Shown here in pieces: positions 45,548 to 53,388 of a stretch of 59,686 bases of DNA. Origin of the DNA: a bacterium. Its GTDB lineage: Bacteria; SZUA-182; DTGQ01; JAFGSM01. Location: positions 1-59,686 of the forward strand of contig JAFGSM010000151.1 in NCBI GenBank assembly GCA_016934595.1, in the 5' to 3' direction. Under the pieces are notes generated by a model that saw only the letters and a program-made list of their open reading frames with translations, was not told the origin of the DNA and ran no database searches. A program made the position numbers and the translations under genes. How positions within the stretch are numbered: the first letter of the stretch is position 1; each line of letters begins with the position of its first letter.

Positions 45548-45563
45548 TGGCATATTTATTGCT
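45548..45563 (+). promoter_or_regulatory. Sigma-54 (-24/-12) promoter-like element
   Basis: TGGCAT-ATTTA-TTGCT, correctly spaced, 58-76 nt upstream of the candidate starts of the LVIVD gene (45622 and 45640). Confidence 0.55.
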
Positions 45564-45621
45564 TTTTTAAGGGATAGTTTCCGGCATGAAGAAAATCTTC
45601 AATTGTCTTAATCTTTAATAT

Positions 45622-48600
45622 GTGGGGGAATTGTACTCGATGACAAATCGCCCGTTGACTTTGAAAATAACAAAAGGCATCTGCTTTTTAACATTGCTGA
45701 TTACATCATTGATTATGGCTTTGCCCTATAAAGGTATCTCAGCCCCCCGTATAACTGGCGTTCTGCCCAACCAGGGGCCAAAGGCAGGGGCAAATATAAC
45801 TATTACAGGCGAAGGCTTTTCCCCTGACGACAAGATAACTATCTGGGGCGGCGGGACATATATAAAGGGTTCTTATCCTACAACCGGACCAGCCAATGCA
45901 TTATCCTGTTCGGGCTCTTATGCCTATCTGGCCTGCGGTTCTGAAGGGGAAACAAACGTAAACGGGGTACAGATATTCGATATTCAGGACCGTGCAAATC
46001 CCCGCCCTGTATCCTTTTTTGAACTAACCCAAAAGGCCAATGATATCCTTGTGTTTGGAAATTATGCCTATGTGGCTGATACAGATGGAGGGTTGCAAAT
46101 ACTGGATGTTCATGACCCTAATTCTCCTTCTTTAATCACATCCCTTCTTCTGCCCGATTATATGAATGCACTGAAAATTTCCGTATATGGATCGCATATC
46201 TATATGGCTGCGGACTATGGGGGACTGCTTGTAATAGATATAAGCGATCCTGCAGCGCCTTGTATAACCGGATCATGTGCCTTCCCTCCTGACGGATATG
46301 CGCTGGATGTCATTGCCGAAGGCGATTATGCATACGTAGCGGCAGGGTGGGAAGGGGTAAAGGTGATAAATATAACCAATCCTGCAAATCCCAAACTCAT
46401 CGCAACATTCTCTTCTGGAAGATTCATTTCAGGGATATACAAATATCAAAACTACCTCTATTTGTCTGCAATGAAAAACGGGATAGAGATTGTTGATGTA
46501 TCCGTTCCAGGAAATCCTTTATCTGTAACGAATTTTTCCACCCCGGGGCTGGCTCGAGAAACCTGCGTTATGGGAAACAATCTATATGTGGCGAATGATT
46601 ATTGCGGAGTCGAGGTTTTTAATAATGACATACAAAACTTCTCGATGGTTGGATTTCAGGAGACCCTTGGGCGGGCTGTTGATTTGCAAATCTTTGACAA
46701 TCACATCTTTGTGGCAGGCTCCCAGGGGGGATTTCAGATCATCGACGTTGCAAACTCTAGGAACCCCTCTATTGTCAATATAGCTGATCTAATGGACGGG
46801 GCTACAGGGGTTCAGGTAAGCGGCCTCTATTTGCAAAAAACCCTGCTGTCAAGATATATATATATCTTCAGCAAATCCTATTCCTTTGGACAAAACTGGT
46901 TAAAGATAATAGACGTCTCAGACCCAAAGAATATAAAGTTATTGGGAAGCACTTATGACATAGGTCCCAGGCCTGAAGATCTGGAAGTAAGTCAGGGTTA
47001 CGCCTATCTGGTTGACGGAGATGACGGCCTGCAGGTTTTCAATGTCACGGACAAGCGAAATCCTCAGATGCTCCCCTTTTATGATAATGACACATCGGGC
47101 GGCAGGGGGATATTTTCCCGGGACAACAAACTTTTCCTGGCTGACTCTAAGGCCAATGGCATGGCATCCCTAAAAATCTTTGGTTTAAGTTTGAGCATGT
47201 TTCCCTATTTGGCGGGTGAGAGTCCTCTCAACACCCTCTATGCAAGCGCCGAGGCTATTTGCGGCATGGGAGAAGGTTATGCTATAGTGGCAGCAGGAAC
47301 CGAAGGGATAGAGATCTTTAATGTCCAGACACCTTCTCAGCCATTCAGGCTAAAAAACCTTTCAATCCCAGGGTATATCAATGATGTTATCTCTTCAGGG
47401 CAGCTTGCCTATCTTCTCAATAAAAATGGCCTTGTACAGATTCTCGATACAGGGACGCCCTCAAATCCTGTCATTTTGGGATCTTGCGAGACCATCGGAG
47501 AGGCGAGGTCCTTGTCGCTTATAAATAATCATCTGTATCTGGCTGAATGGGGAACAGGCGTGCATGTCATCGACGTTGTGGATCCTGCAACCCCCCTGGC
47601 GATTGCCTCTTTGAAGACATTGACCCCGCCCGAAGATGTGATAGCTACCGATGACTATATCTATGTGGCCATCGAGAGCGGAATGATGATTTTGGATACG
47701 ATCAAACCATGTCCGTCGGTTTTTTACGTCAACGATACCATGTTAAATGTGGATACCCCTCCTGGATTGTCCTCTGGCACTTATCATATTACCTTGACCG
47801 ATCCCAACGGGCTTATATACTTATTCCCCAACGGGTTTACGGTTGGTGAAAACCATTGTCCAGTAATAACATCTATCAAAGATAATGATAATATAATAGG
47901 CTATGCAGGGGAGGAATTGTCCATTGTCATAGACGCAAATGATGCAGACAACGATCCATTGACCTATTCCGTCTCCCTTTATAAACTCCCTGCAGGCGCC
48001 ACCCTGAACGGGAATGTCTTTTCATGGACACCTGAGATCAAATACACAGGAGGTTTCAGGATATATGAGGATATCGTCTTTACAGTTTCAGACGTTGAAT
48101 GTATAGACGAGAAAAAGATCGATATCTGGATCATCGAGGAAATCTCCAATGTACCGCCAGTCATCGATGTACCGGCAACTTACTACGCCAAAGAGGGAAC
48201 GGCAATGGCCTTTCTGATTGACGCCTACGATTATGATCCAGGTGATTTGAATTCCTTGGATTTTACAGTGCAAAATGCCCCTCAAGGCTCAAGCTTTCGG
48301 ATATTGTCTGTTCAGGCAGATAAGGTAACATGCGGCTTTTTTTGGACACCGACCTATACACAATCAGGCGCCTATGATATAACCTTCGTGGTCAAAGACA
48401 GGCATCTGGCCCAGGGTCAAGCCACTGCTTCTGTCATCGTTCAGAATATTACCGGCCCCATACTTTCAATAAACTTCATAAATGGCCGCAATATATGGAT
48501 ATGCCCTGCGGGCAGGACCAATTATACATCCTTTGATCTTCTCAGAGAATTGGGTGAGGATGCAGTATATTCAATACTGGCTTATGATTGGGACTCCACT

Positions 48601-48723
48601 GTGGTTCATAGCTGTTCCTGGTTTTATGGAAGGCCGTCAGGGGATGATTTTCCAATGAACCAAAGCCGCGTTTATGCAGTCTTCACCAAGGCAGATGTTT
48701 CCTTGTCCTGGCCTATTAACTGA
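45622..48723 (+). CDS. Secreted IPT/TIG + LVIVD-repeat beta-propeller + cadherin-like (putative Ig, He_PIG-type) protein
   Basis: 1033 aa. GTG at 45622 or ATG at 45640. Signal peptide ICFLTLLITSLIMALP. IPT-like PRITGVLPNQGPKAGANITITGEGF. At least 10 LVIVD-type repeats (GGLQILDVHDP, GGLLVIDISDP, EGVKVINITNP, NGIEIVDVSVP, GGFQIIDVANS, DGLQVFNVTD, EGIEIFNVQTP, TGVHVIDVVDP...). Two C-terminal units resemble IVIDANDADNDPLTYSV...LPAGATL. Confidence 0.75.
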   Translation: MGELYSMTNRPLTLKITKGICFLTLLITSLIMALPYKGISAPRITGVLPNQGPKAGANITITGEGFSPDDKITIWGGGTYIKGSYPTTGPANALSCSGSYAYLACGSEGETNVNGVQIFDIQDRANPRPVSFFELTQKANDILVFGNYAYVADTDGGLQILDVHDPNSPSLITSLLLPDYMNALKISVYGSHIYMAADYGGLLVIDISDPAAPCITGSCAFPPDGYALDVIAEGDYAYVAAGWEGVKVINITNPANPKLIATFSSGRFISGIYKYQNYLYLSAMKNGIEIVDVSVPGNPLSVTNFSTPGLARETCVMGNNLYVANDYCGVEVFNNDIQNFSMVGFQETLGRAVDLQIFDNHIFVAGSQGGFQIIDVANSRNPSIVNIADLMDGATGVQVSGLYLQKTLLSRYIYIFSKSYSFGQNWLKIIDVSDPKNIKLLGSTYDIGPRPEDLEVSQGYAYLVDGDDGLQVFNVTDKRNPQMLPFYDNDTSGGRGIFSRDNKLFLADSKANGMASLKIFGLSLSMFPYLAGESPLNTLYASAEAICGMGEGYAIVAAGTEGIEIFNVQTPSQPFRLKNLSIPGYINDVISSGQLAYLLNKNGLVQILDTGTPSNPVILGSCETIGEARSLSLINNHLYLAEWGTGVHVIDVVDPATPLAIASLKTLTPPEDVIATDDYIYVAIESGMMILDTIKPCPSVFYVNDTMLNVDTPPGLSSGTYHITLTDPNGLIYLFPNGFTVGENHCPVITSIKDNDNIIGYAGEELSIVIDANDADNDPLTYSVSLYKLPAGATLNGNVFSWTPEIKYTGGFRIYEDIVFTVSDVECIDEKKIDIWIIEEISNVPPVIDVPATYYAKEGTAMAFLIDAYDYDPGDLNSLDFTVQNAPQGSSFRILSVQADKVTCGFFWTPTYTQSGAYDITFVVKDRHLAQGQATASVIVQNITGPILSINFINGRNIWICPAGRTNYTSFDLLRELGEDAVYSILAYDWDSTVVHSCSWFYGRPSGDDFPMNQSRVYAVFTKADVSLSWPIN

Positions 48724-48742
48724 ATCAAAAATCTTGCAAAAT

Positions 48743-51028
48743 ATGAAGAAAGCGCTCTTGATTTATACTTTAAGCCTCGCCGCCATTCTGAACTTTTTTT
48801 TCGGTATTTTAATGGCGGAATTGGTTATTATCAGCCTGCCTGAAAAGGAAATTGGAGCAATGGATACATTCCCTGTTGGACCATTGGATCCCGTTCAGGC
48901 TGTCAGGCAGCGTCCCGAATGGACTAGCCATCTGGTGCTGGTATGGCAATATGAAACCGATATCCTCAAAGATGAGTCTCTTTATAAGCAGGCCGGACTT
49001 CATGGCTTTCATATAGATCGAGGGGCAGGGGAACATGATCTTGTAAAGTTTTCCATGGAAAAAAGATACCCTTATTATGTGGATCATGCGGCTGGCAAAG
49101 GGATCCTCTATCTACGCAAGGAGGAAAAACACAAAGTCACAGGGAAAAACCATGTGTTCCCTCGTCCATATAGCCTGGCCGATCCTTTGATCATAAATGA
49201 ATTGAAGGACCATCTCCGGAAAAATGTGGATGCGACAAAGAAGGGGTTTGTTCTTGCATACGCCTTCGACGATGAAATATCGCTGGGGTCTTTCAATAAT
49301 CCGGCCGAGGTTGACGTACATCAAATATCTGTGACATGGTACAGGGTCTGGCTCAAGAATCGCTATAAAACGATTTCCCTGCTTAATGAATCATGGGGAA
49401 AGAATTATCAGTCTTTTGAGGATGTTCAGCCTGTCAGCTTCGAGGATATTCGCAAAAATCATGTCAAGCCGCCTTTTGCAGGATGGAATCTCTCCTGCTG
49501 GTCGGAATGGCGGGCGTTTATGGACTTTCAATTTGCCAGTGTGCTTTCCGACCTCACTCGTTATACAAACGGGCTTGATCCCAATATTCCAGCAGGCTTT
49601 GTGGGAGGGCAAGGGCCATCCGCATACGGCGGATATGACTATTCGCTCCTGTGCCGCGCCGTGCAGTGGATGGAAGCCTACGATTATAACGGCACAGCCG
49701 AGTTGCTGAGGTCATTCTGGGACGACCCGCGCCGGATACGTATGCAGACCTACTTCACAGGTGATGATTATTATAAGAATTCATGGGCGCTGTGGTACCG
49801 TATTGCAAATGGCTGCCAGGGCAGCATTGCATGGCCTTCCGGATGGTTCAACATAAATTCCGAGACAGGCAAACGCGAACCTTCGAAAAAACTTACGGAG
49901 ATCGCTCAGACGCTTCGAGATGCTCAGGGGAAGGCCAGCGAATTCATCTCGCATCCTGATACCGTTCTGGATACAGATCCTATCGGGATTTATTATTCAC
50001 ACCCAAGCGTCCGGGCCGGATGGGTAATGGACTGCATCGTACACGGCAGCACCTGGCCAAAACGGTCGAGTTCCATAGATGACGACAATCTCACTTCAGG
50101 CAAACTTCGGGTCTCCTGGTGCAAATTACTCGAAGATACCGGATATCAATACAATTTTATAAGCTACCTTGATGTACAGGAAAAAAGGATAGACCTGTCT
50201 GAAAGATATAAGGTCATCATTATGCCTCAGATTATCTGTATCTCTGACGCAGAAGCAACGGCTTTGAGTGAATTCGTCTCACGGGGAGGCGTTTTGATTG
50301 CGGACGCACTTTGTGGTTTAATGACTGAAACAGGCAAGGGACGTTCAAAGGGGGCGATAGACGATGTTTTTGCCATATCCCGCAAAGAATCCCTCGGTTA
50401 TATGAACGGGAGATCCATTACAGAGATTAATGGAGAGCTTTACAACAAACCACTGGAGCAGCGTCTTGAGGCTTACAATGGCGCAATCAAGTATAAAGAC
50501 ATGATTGTCTATGAAAGGGGCACAAAGGGGCTAAGTAAAAAAGCGGAACCTGCAGGCACTGCTGATGTGCATATAACCAACTATTACAAGAAAGGAAAGG
50601 CTCATTACCTCAACCTGACGCCTGTGGCCTATCATCACTATCCTTTTCGCAATGGGAAGATGGGCAAACAATGGCGAAAGATCATAAACGCCCTATTGAA
50701 GGATGCAGGGCTCAATCCAAGGGTCGAAGTCATCGAGGACGGCTCAACATCTCCTTTAATCGAGTCTTTACTATGGCGAAATGGGAATCGATACTGTCTG
50801 GCGCTCATAAAAAACTATTCTTACTCTGAAGGTATATCCGGAGAATGGATATTTGACGGCGGAAAGATTGAGCCCGGAGAGGTCACGATACATATAAAAC
50901 TGAATCTTGACGTCAAGGGCATAAAGAACATCCGCACAGGCAAGGATTTCGGCAGCGTTAATGGATTCAGTGATTCCTTCAGGGAATGGGAGGCCAATTT
51001 TTACGAGTTCGAAGAAAGGAATTTCTAA
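48743..51028 (+). CDS. Exported glycoside-hydrolase-family-42-like protein (GH42 N-terminal + trimerisation-type domains)
   Basis: The track ORF starts at 48674. I prefer the ATG at 48743 (MKKALLIYTLSLAAILNFFFGILMA, a signal/anchor). WYRVWLKNRYKTISLLNESWGKNYQSFEDVQP resembles the GH42 segment (W...Y.....LN.AWG). YKVIIMPQIICISDAEATALSEFVSRGGVLIAD resembles the GH42 middle (trimerisation) domain. Confidence 0.5.
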   Translation: MKKALLIYTLSLAAILNFFFGILMAELVIISLPEKEIGAMDTFPVGPLDPVQAVRQRPEWTSHLVLVWQYETDILKDESLYKQAGLHGFHIDRGAGEHDLVKFSMEKRYPYYVDHAAGKGILYLRKEEKHKVTGKNHVFPRPYSLADPLIINELKDHLRKNVDATKKGFVLAYAFDDEISLGSFNNPAEVDVHQISVTWYRVWLKNRYKTISLLNESWGKNYQSFEDVQPVSFEDIRKNHVKPPFAGWNLSCWSEWRAFMDFQFASVLSDLTRYTNGLDPNIPAGFVGGQGPSAYGGYDYSLLCRAVQWMEAYDYNGTAELLRSFWDDPRRIRMQTYFTGDDYYKNSWALWYRIANGCQGSIAWPSGWFNINSETGKREPSKKLTEIAQTLRDAQGKASEFISHPDTVLDTDPIGIYYSHPSVRAGWVMDCIVHGSTWPKRSSSIDDDNLTSGKLRVSWCKLLEDTGYQYNFISYLDVQEKRIDLSERYKVIIMPQIICISDAEATALSEFVSRGGVLIADALCGLMTETGKGRSKGAIDDVFAISRKESLGYMNGRSITEINGELYNKPLEQRLEAYNGAIKYKDMIVYERGTKGLSKKAEPAGTADVHITNYYKKGKAHYLNLTPVAYHHYPFRNGKMGKQWRKIINALLKDAGLNPRVEVIEDGSTSPLIESLLWRNGNRYCLALIKNYSYSEGISGEWIFDGGKIEPGEVTIHIKLNLDVKGIKNIRTGKDFGSVNGFSDSFREWEANFYEFEERNF

Positions 51029-52393
51029 ATGCGCCCTTTAACGATTTTGTTAATAGATGACGAGGACAGGCAGTTGCAATTATTGAAGGAATTCTTGACA
51101 TACAGCGGATTTGATGTTTTTACCGCCAATAAAGGCCCTGACGGGTATGAAATAGCCCAAAAAAATACCATAGACCTTGTGCTAACGGACTTCCGTATGC
51201 CTGAATGGAATGGTCTTGAGGTTTTGAAAAAGATAAAAGGCTTGAATCCGGATATAGATGTCGTGGTAATGACCGCCTTCAGGAATGTTGAAGATGCTTT
51301 AGAAATCATGAAGGCTGGGGCATACGATTACCTGGCCAAACCTGTAGACATGGATGAACTGGAAAATCTGGTAAAACGTGTGCAGGAGAAGCGGATGCTT
51401 GCTGCCGAAAACCGTTTGCTGAAACAACAGCTGCAACAAAAATACAATTTCAGCGGCATATTTTCACAAAGCGGCGAGATGGAAGAGGTACTGAATATGG
51501 CGGGCAGGGTAGCCCCTGGCAAGACAACTGTTTTGGTTAGAGGCGAAAGCGGCACAGGCAAAGAGCTGATTACAAAGGCGATTCACTTTGCCAGCCCGAG
51601 AAAAGACAAACCATTTGTAGTGGTAAACGTGGCGGCATTATCCGAAAGCCTCCTTGAAAGCGAATTGTTCGGATATGAAAAGGGCGCCTTTACAGGGGCA
51701 AACCATCAAAGGATAGGACGTTTTGAGCAGGCTGATGGAGGCACCCTGTTCATAGACGAGGTTGGCGACATCCCCCTTTCCGTTCAGGTAAAGCTGTTAA
51801 GGGCAATTCAATTCGGGCAAATTGAAAGGCTTGGCGGAAACAAAACAATAAGCGTCGATGTCCGTATAGTAGCCGCGACAAACCGAAACATAGAAGAGAT
51901 GATAAAAAATGGCGAGTTTCGGGAAGACCTGTATTACAGGTTGAATGTAGTAACCATTTGGCTGCCTCCCCTTAGAAAGCGAAAAGCTGACATACCCTTA
52001 TTAGCAGAGCAATTTATCAAAAAATTCTCGCAGGAAAACAAGAAGAATGTAAAGGGCGTGTCAAGAGAGGCATTGGACCTGCTAATGAAACACGACTTCC
52101 CCGGCAATGTAAGGGAACTGGAGAACATCATTGAAAGGGCCGTAGTATTTTGCAGGGATGAATATATCACCCGGCAAGACCTGCCTTCTCAATTCGGTCT
52201 TGTCTCCGAAAAGGATATCTTAAATCCGCACCATTTGCATGATGGCTACAAGAATAAAATGAGGCAGTTTGAAACCGAAATGATTCAAGAAGCGATCAAT
52301 ATCTGCAATGGAAATCAAAGGGCTGCAGCAAGGTTATTGAACATCACTGAAAGGCATTTGCGGTACCGGTTAGAAAAACTGGGCCTTAAATAG
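51029..52393 (+). CDS. Sigma-54-dependent response regulator (NtrC family: REC + AAA+ + Fis-type HTH)
   Basis: 454 aa. REC DLVLTDFRMPEWNG. Walker A GESGTGKE. The sigma-54 contact loop ESELFGYEKGAFTGA. C-terminal HTH NQRAAARLLNITERHLRYRL. The ATG abuts the stop of the previous gene. Confidence 0.92.
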   Translation: MRPLTILLIDDEDRQLQLLKEFLTYSGFDVFTANKGPDGYEIAQKNTIDLVLTDFRMPEWNGLEVLKKIKGLNPDIDVVVMTAFRNVEDALEIMKAGAYDYLAKPVDMDELENLVKRVQEKRMLAAENRLLKQQLQQKYNFSGIFSQSGEMEEVLNMAGRVAPGKTTVLVRGESGTGKELITKAIHFASPRKDKPFVVVNVAALSESLLESELFGYEKGAFTGANHQRIGRFEQADGGTLFIDEVGDIPLSVQVKLLRAIQFGQIERLGGNKTISVDVRIVAATNRNIEEMIKNGEFREDLYYRLNVVTIWLPPLRKRKADIPLLAEQFIKKFSQENKKNVKGVSREALDLLMKHDFPGNVRELENIIERAVVFCRDEYITRQDLPSQFGLVSEKDILNPHHLHDGYKNKMRQFETEMIQEAINICNGNQRAAARLLNITERHLRYRLEKLGLK

Positions 52394-52467
52394 ATCATTC
52401 GTGAATATTCCCAGAAAATGTATCAGGATGGCTCACCGCATTATCCACCACCCGGATTTTTATTAAA

Positions 52468-52504
52468 TGCGCCTATTTTTGTCGCAATTGCGCCCTTTTT
52501 GTCG
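52468..52504 (+). promoter_or_regulatory. Direct repeat pair tgcgcc(t/c)(a)tttttgtcg, 21-nt register: candidate enhancer-binding-protein sites
   Basis: 52468-52484 is tgcgcctatttttgtcg and 52489-52504 is tgcgccctttttgtcg. They lie 80-115 nt upstream of the sigma-54-like element at 52582. A related motif is found at 45433. Confidence 0.4.
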
Positions 52505-52581
52505 TATTTTCCTCAGGGCCAACTTGCCCGAAAAATTCTTATTATCTTTATTTTCAATATGTTATTTTAACAAAGCAGGTT

Positions 52582-52597
52582 TGGCACGATAATTGTA
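52582..52597 (+). promoter_or_regulatory. Sigma-54 promoter-like element (weaker -12)
   Basis: TGGCAC-GATAA-TTGTA. The -24 half is perfect, but the -12 half has GT instead of the conserved GC. It lies directly downstream of the sigma-54 activator gene. Confidence 0.4.
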
Positions 52598-52689
52598 TAT
52601 TAAATAAGTAACCAGAGATTCTTAAAGTACCAAGAATCAAAAATAGCTGGTTATAGAAATATTAAACAGTTTTTTAGAAGGTATTGATA

Positions 52690-53055
52690 ATGATAATAAC
52701 CATGAGCCATAAAAAAAGTGCAGGAAATGGAATCAGTCTATGTAACTGCTTTGAGACTACAGGACACTCTAATCGGCAACATAGGGGAAATAGTGGAGGA
52801 TGCAGATATTATGGCAACAGTAATTATGGCAATGAATCCAGCACGGGGTCACGGAAATATAAAAGATCATCCCAAGCATCTTATGGATGCGGCAGTTCCA
52901 TCAAATATAGAGATATCATCCTTGACAAAGGATTTAATATAAATGATTTAGGCAGACTGAGCAATCAGCCACCTTATATAAATATTGCACCCATATTTAT
53001 TTTTACAAACCATTACGTTAAAAATTTTTCATATTTATTCCCACCATCTCCTTAA
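52690..53055 (+). CDS. Hypothetical small Gly/Ser/Asn/Tyr/Cys-rich protein (frame uncertain)
   Basis: The ATG at 52690 lies 8 nt after agaagg. The 121-aa product includes GNSGGCRYYGNSNYGNESSTGSRKYKRSSQASYGCGSS. The stop is 13 nt before a strong hairpin. An alternative 71-74-aa frame (52718/52727..52942) has no good RBS. No homologue was recognised for either frame. Confidence 0.3.
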   Translation: MIITMSHKKSAGNGISLCNCFETTGHSNRQHRGNSGGCRYYGNSNYGNESSTGSRKYKRSSQASYGCGSSIKYRDIILDKGFNINDLGRLSNQPPYINIAPIFIFTNHYVKNFSYLFPPSP

Positions 53056-53068
53056 AAGTGTGTCGCTT

Positions 53069-53107
53069 GTGAAAAAGTGCAGGCAATTATAACCTGCACT
53101 TTTTCAC
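53069..53107 (+). terminator. Perfect 15-bp stem-loop (terminator-like; no clear U-tract)
   Basis: gtgaaaaagtgcagg (53069-53083), loop caattataa, cctgcactttttcac (53093-53107). Confidence 0.5.
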
Positions 53108-53388
53108 GTATGGCCTTGAAATCTCCCGACATTTAAGTTCCGCTCGCAGCCAATGACTTTTATCAGAAAATCCCCTTTGGAAATCTTCATTATTCTTTGT
53201 GAATTAAAGATTCATAGGCGTTTTGTCTTTCGTTTAACCCAACAAGCAACCGTATGCATACTATTTTGGCGTGTTGCTTCGTCATATAATTAAATATAAA
53301 ATCAAAGGAATCATTCTTGTCTTTTCTGCCGTTATAAGTATTAATAGGATTTTTTAATTTTTTTATAGCAATCTCTTGGGAGGAACAG

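Noticed and set aside
27768-51028. Outer-membrane porin (MtrB/Pcc-type) or pilin gene within the cytochrome cluster
   Set aside because: No product in the cluster has the alternating beta-strand pattern with a C-terminal aromatic residue expected of a porin, or a pilin-like N-terminus. The only barrel in the window is the TonB-dependent receptor at 53389, which has a standard plug and receptor signature.
53108-53388. Cobalamin or other riboswitch upstream of the TonB-dependent receptor
   Set aside because: I could not find a B12-box-like core or other conserved riboswitch elements in the 280-nt leader.
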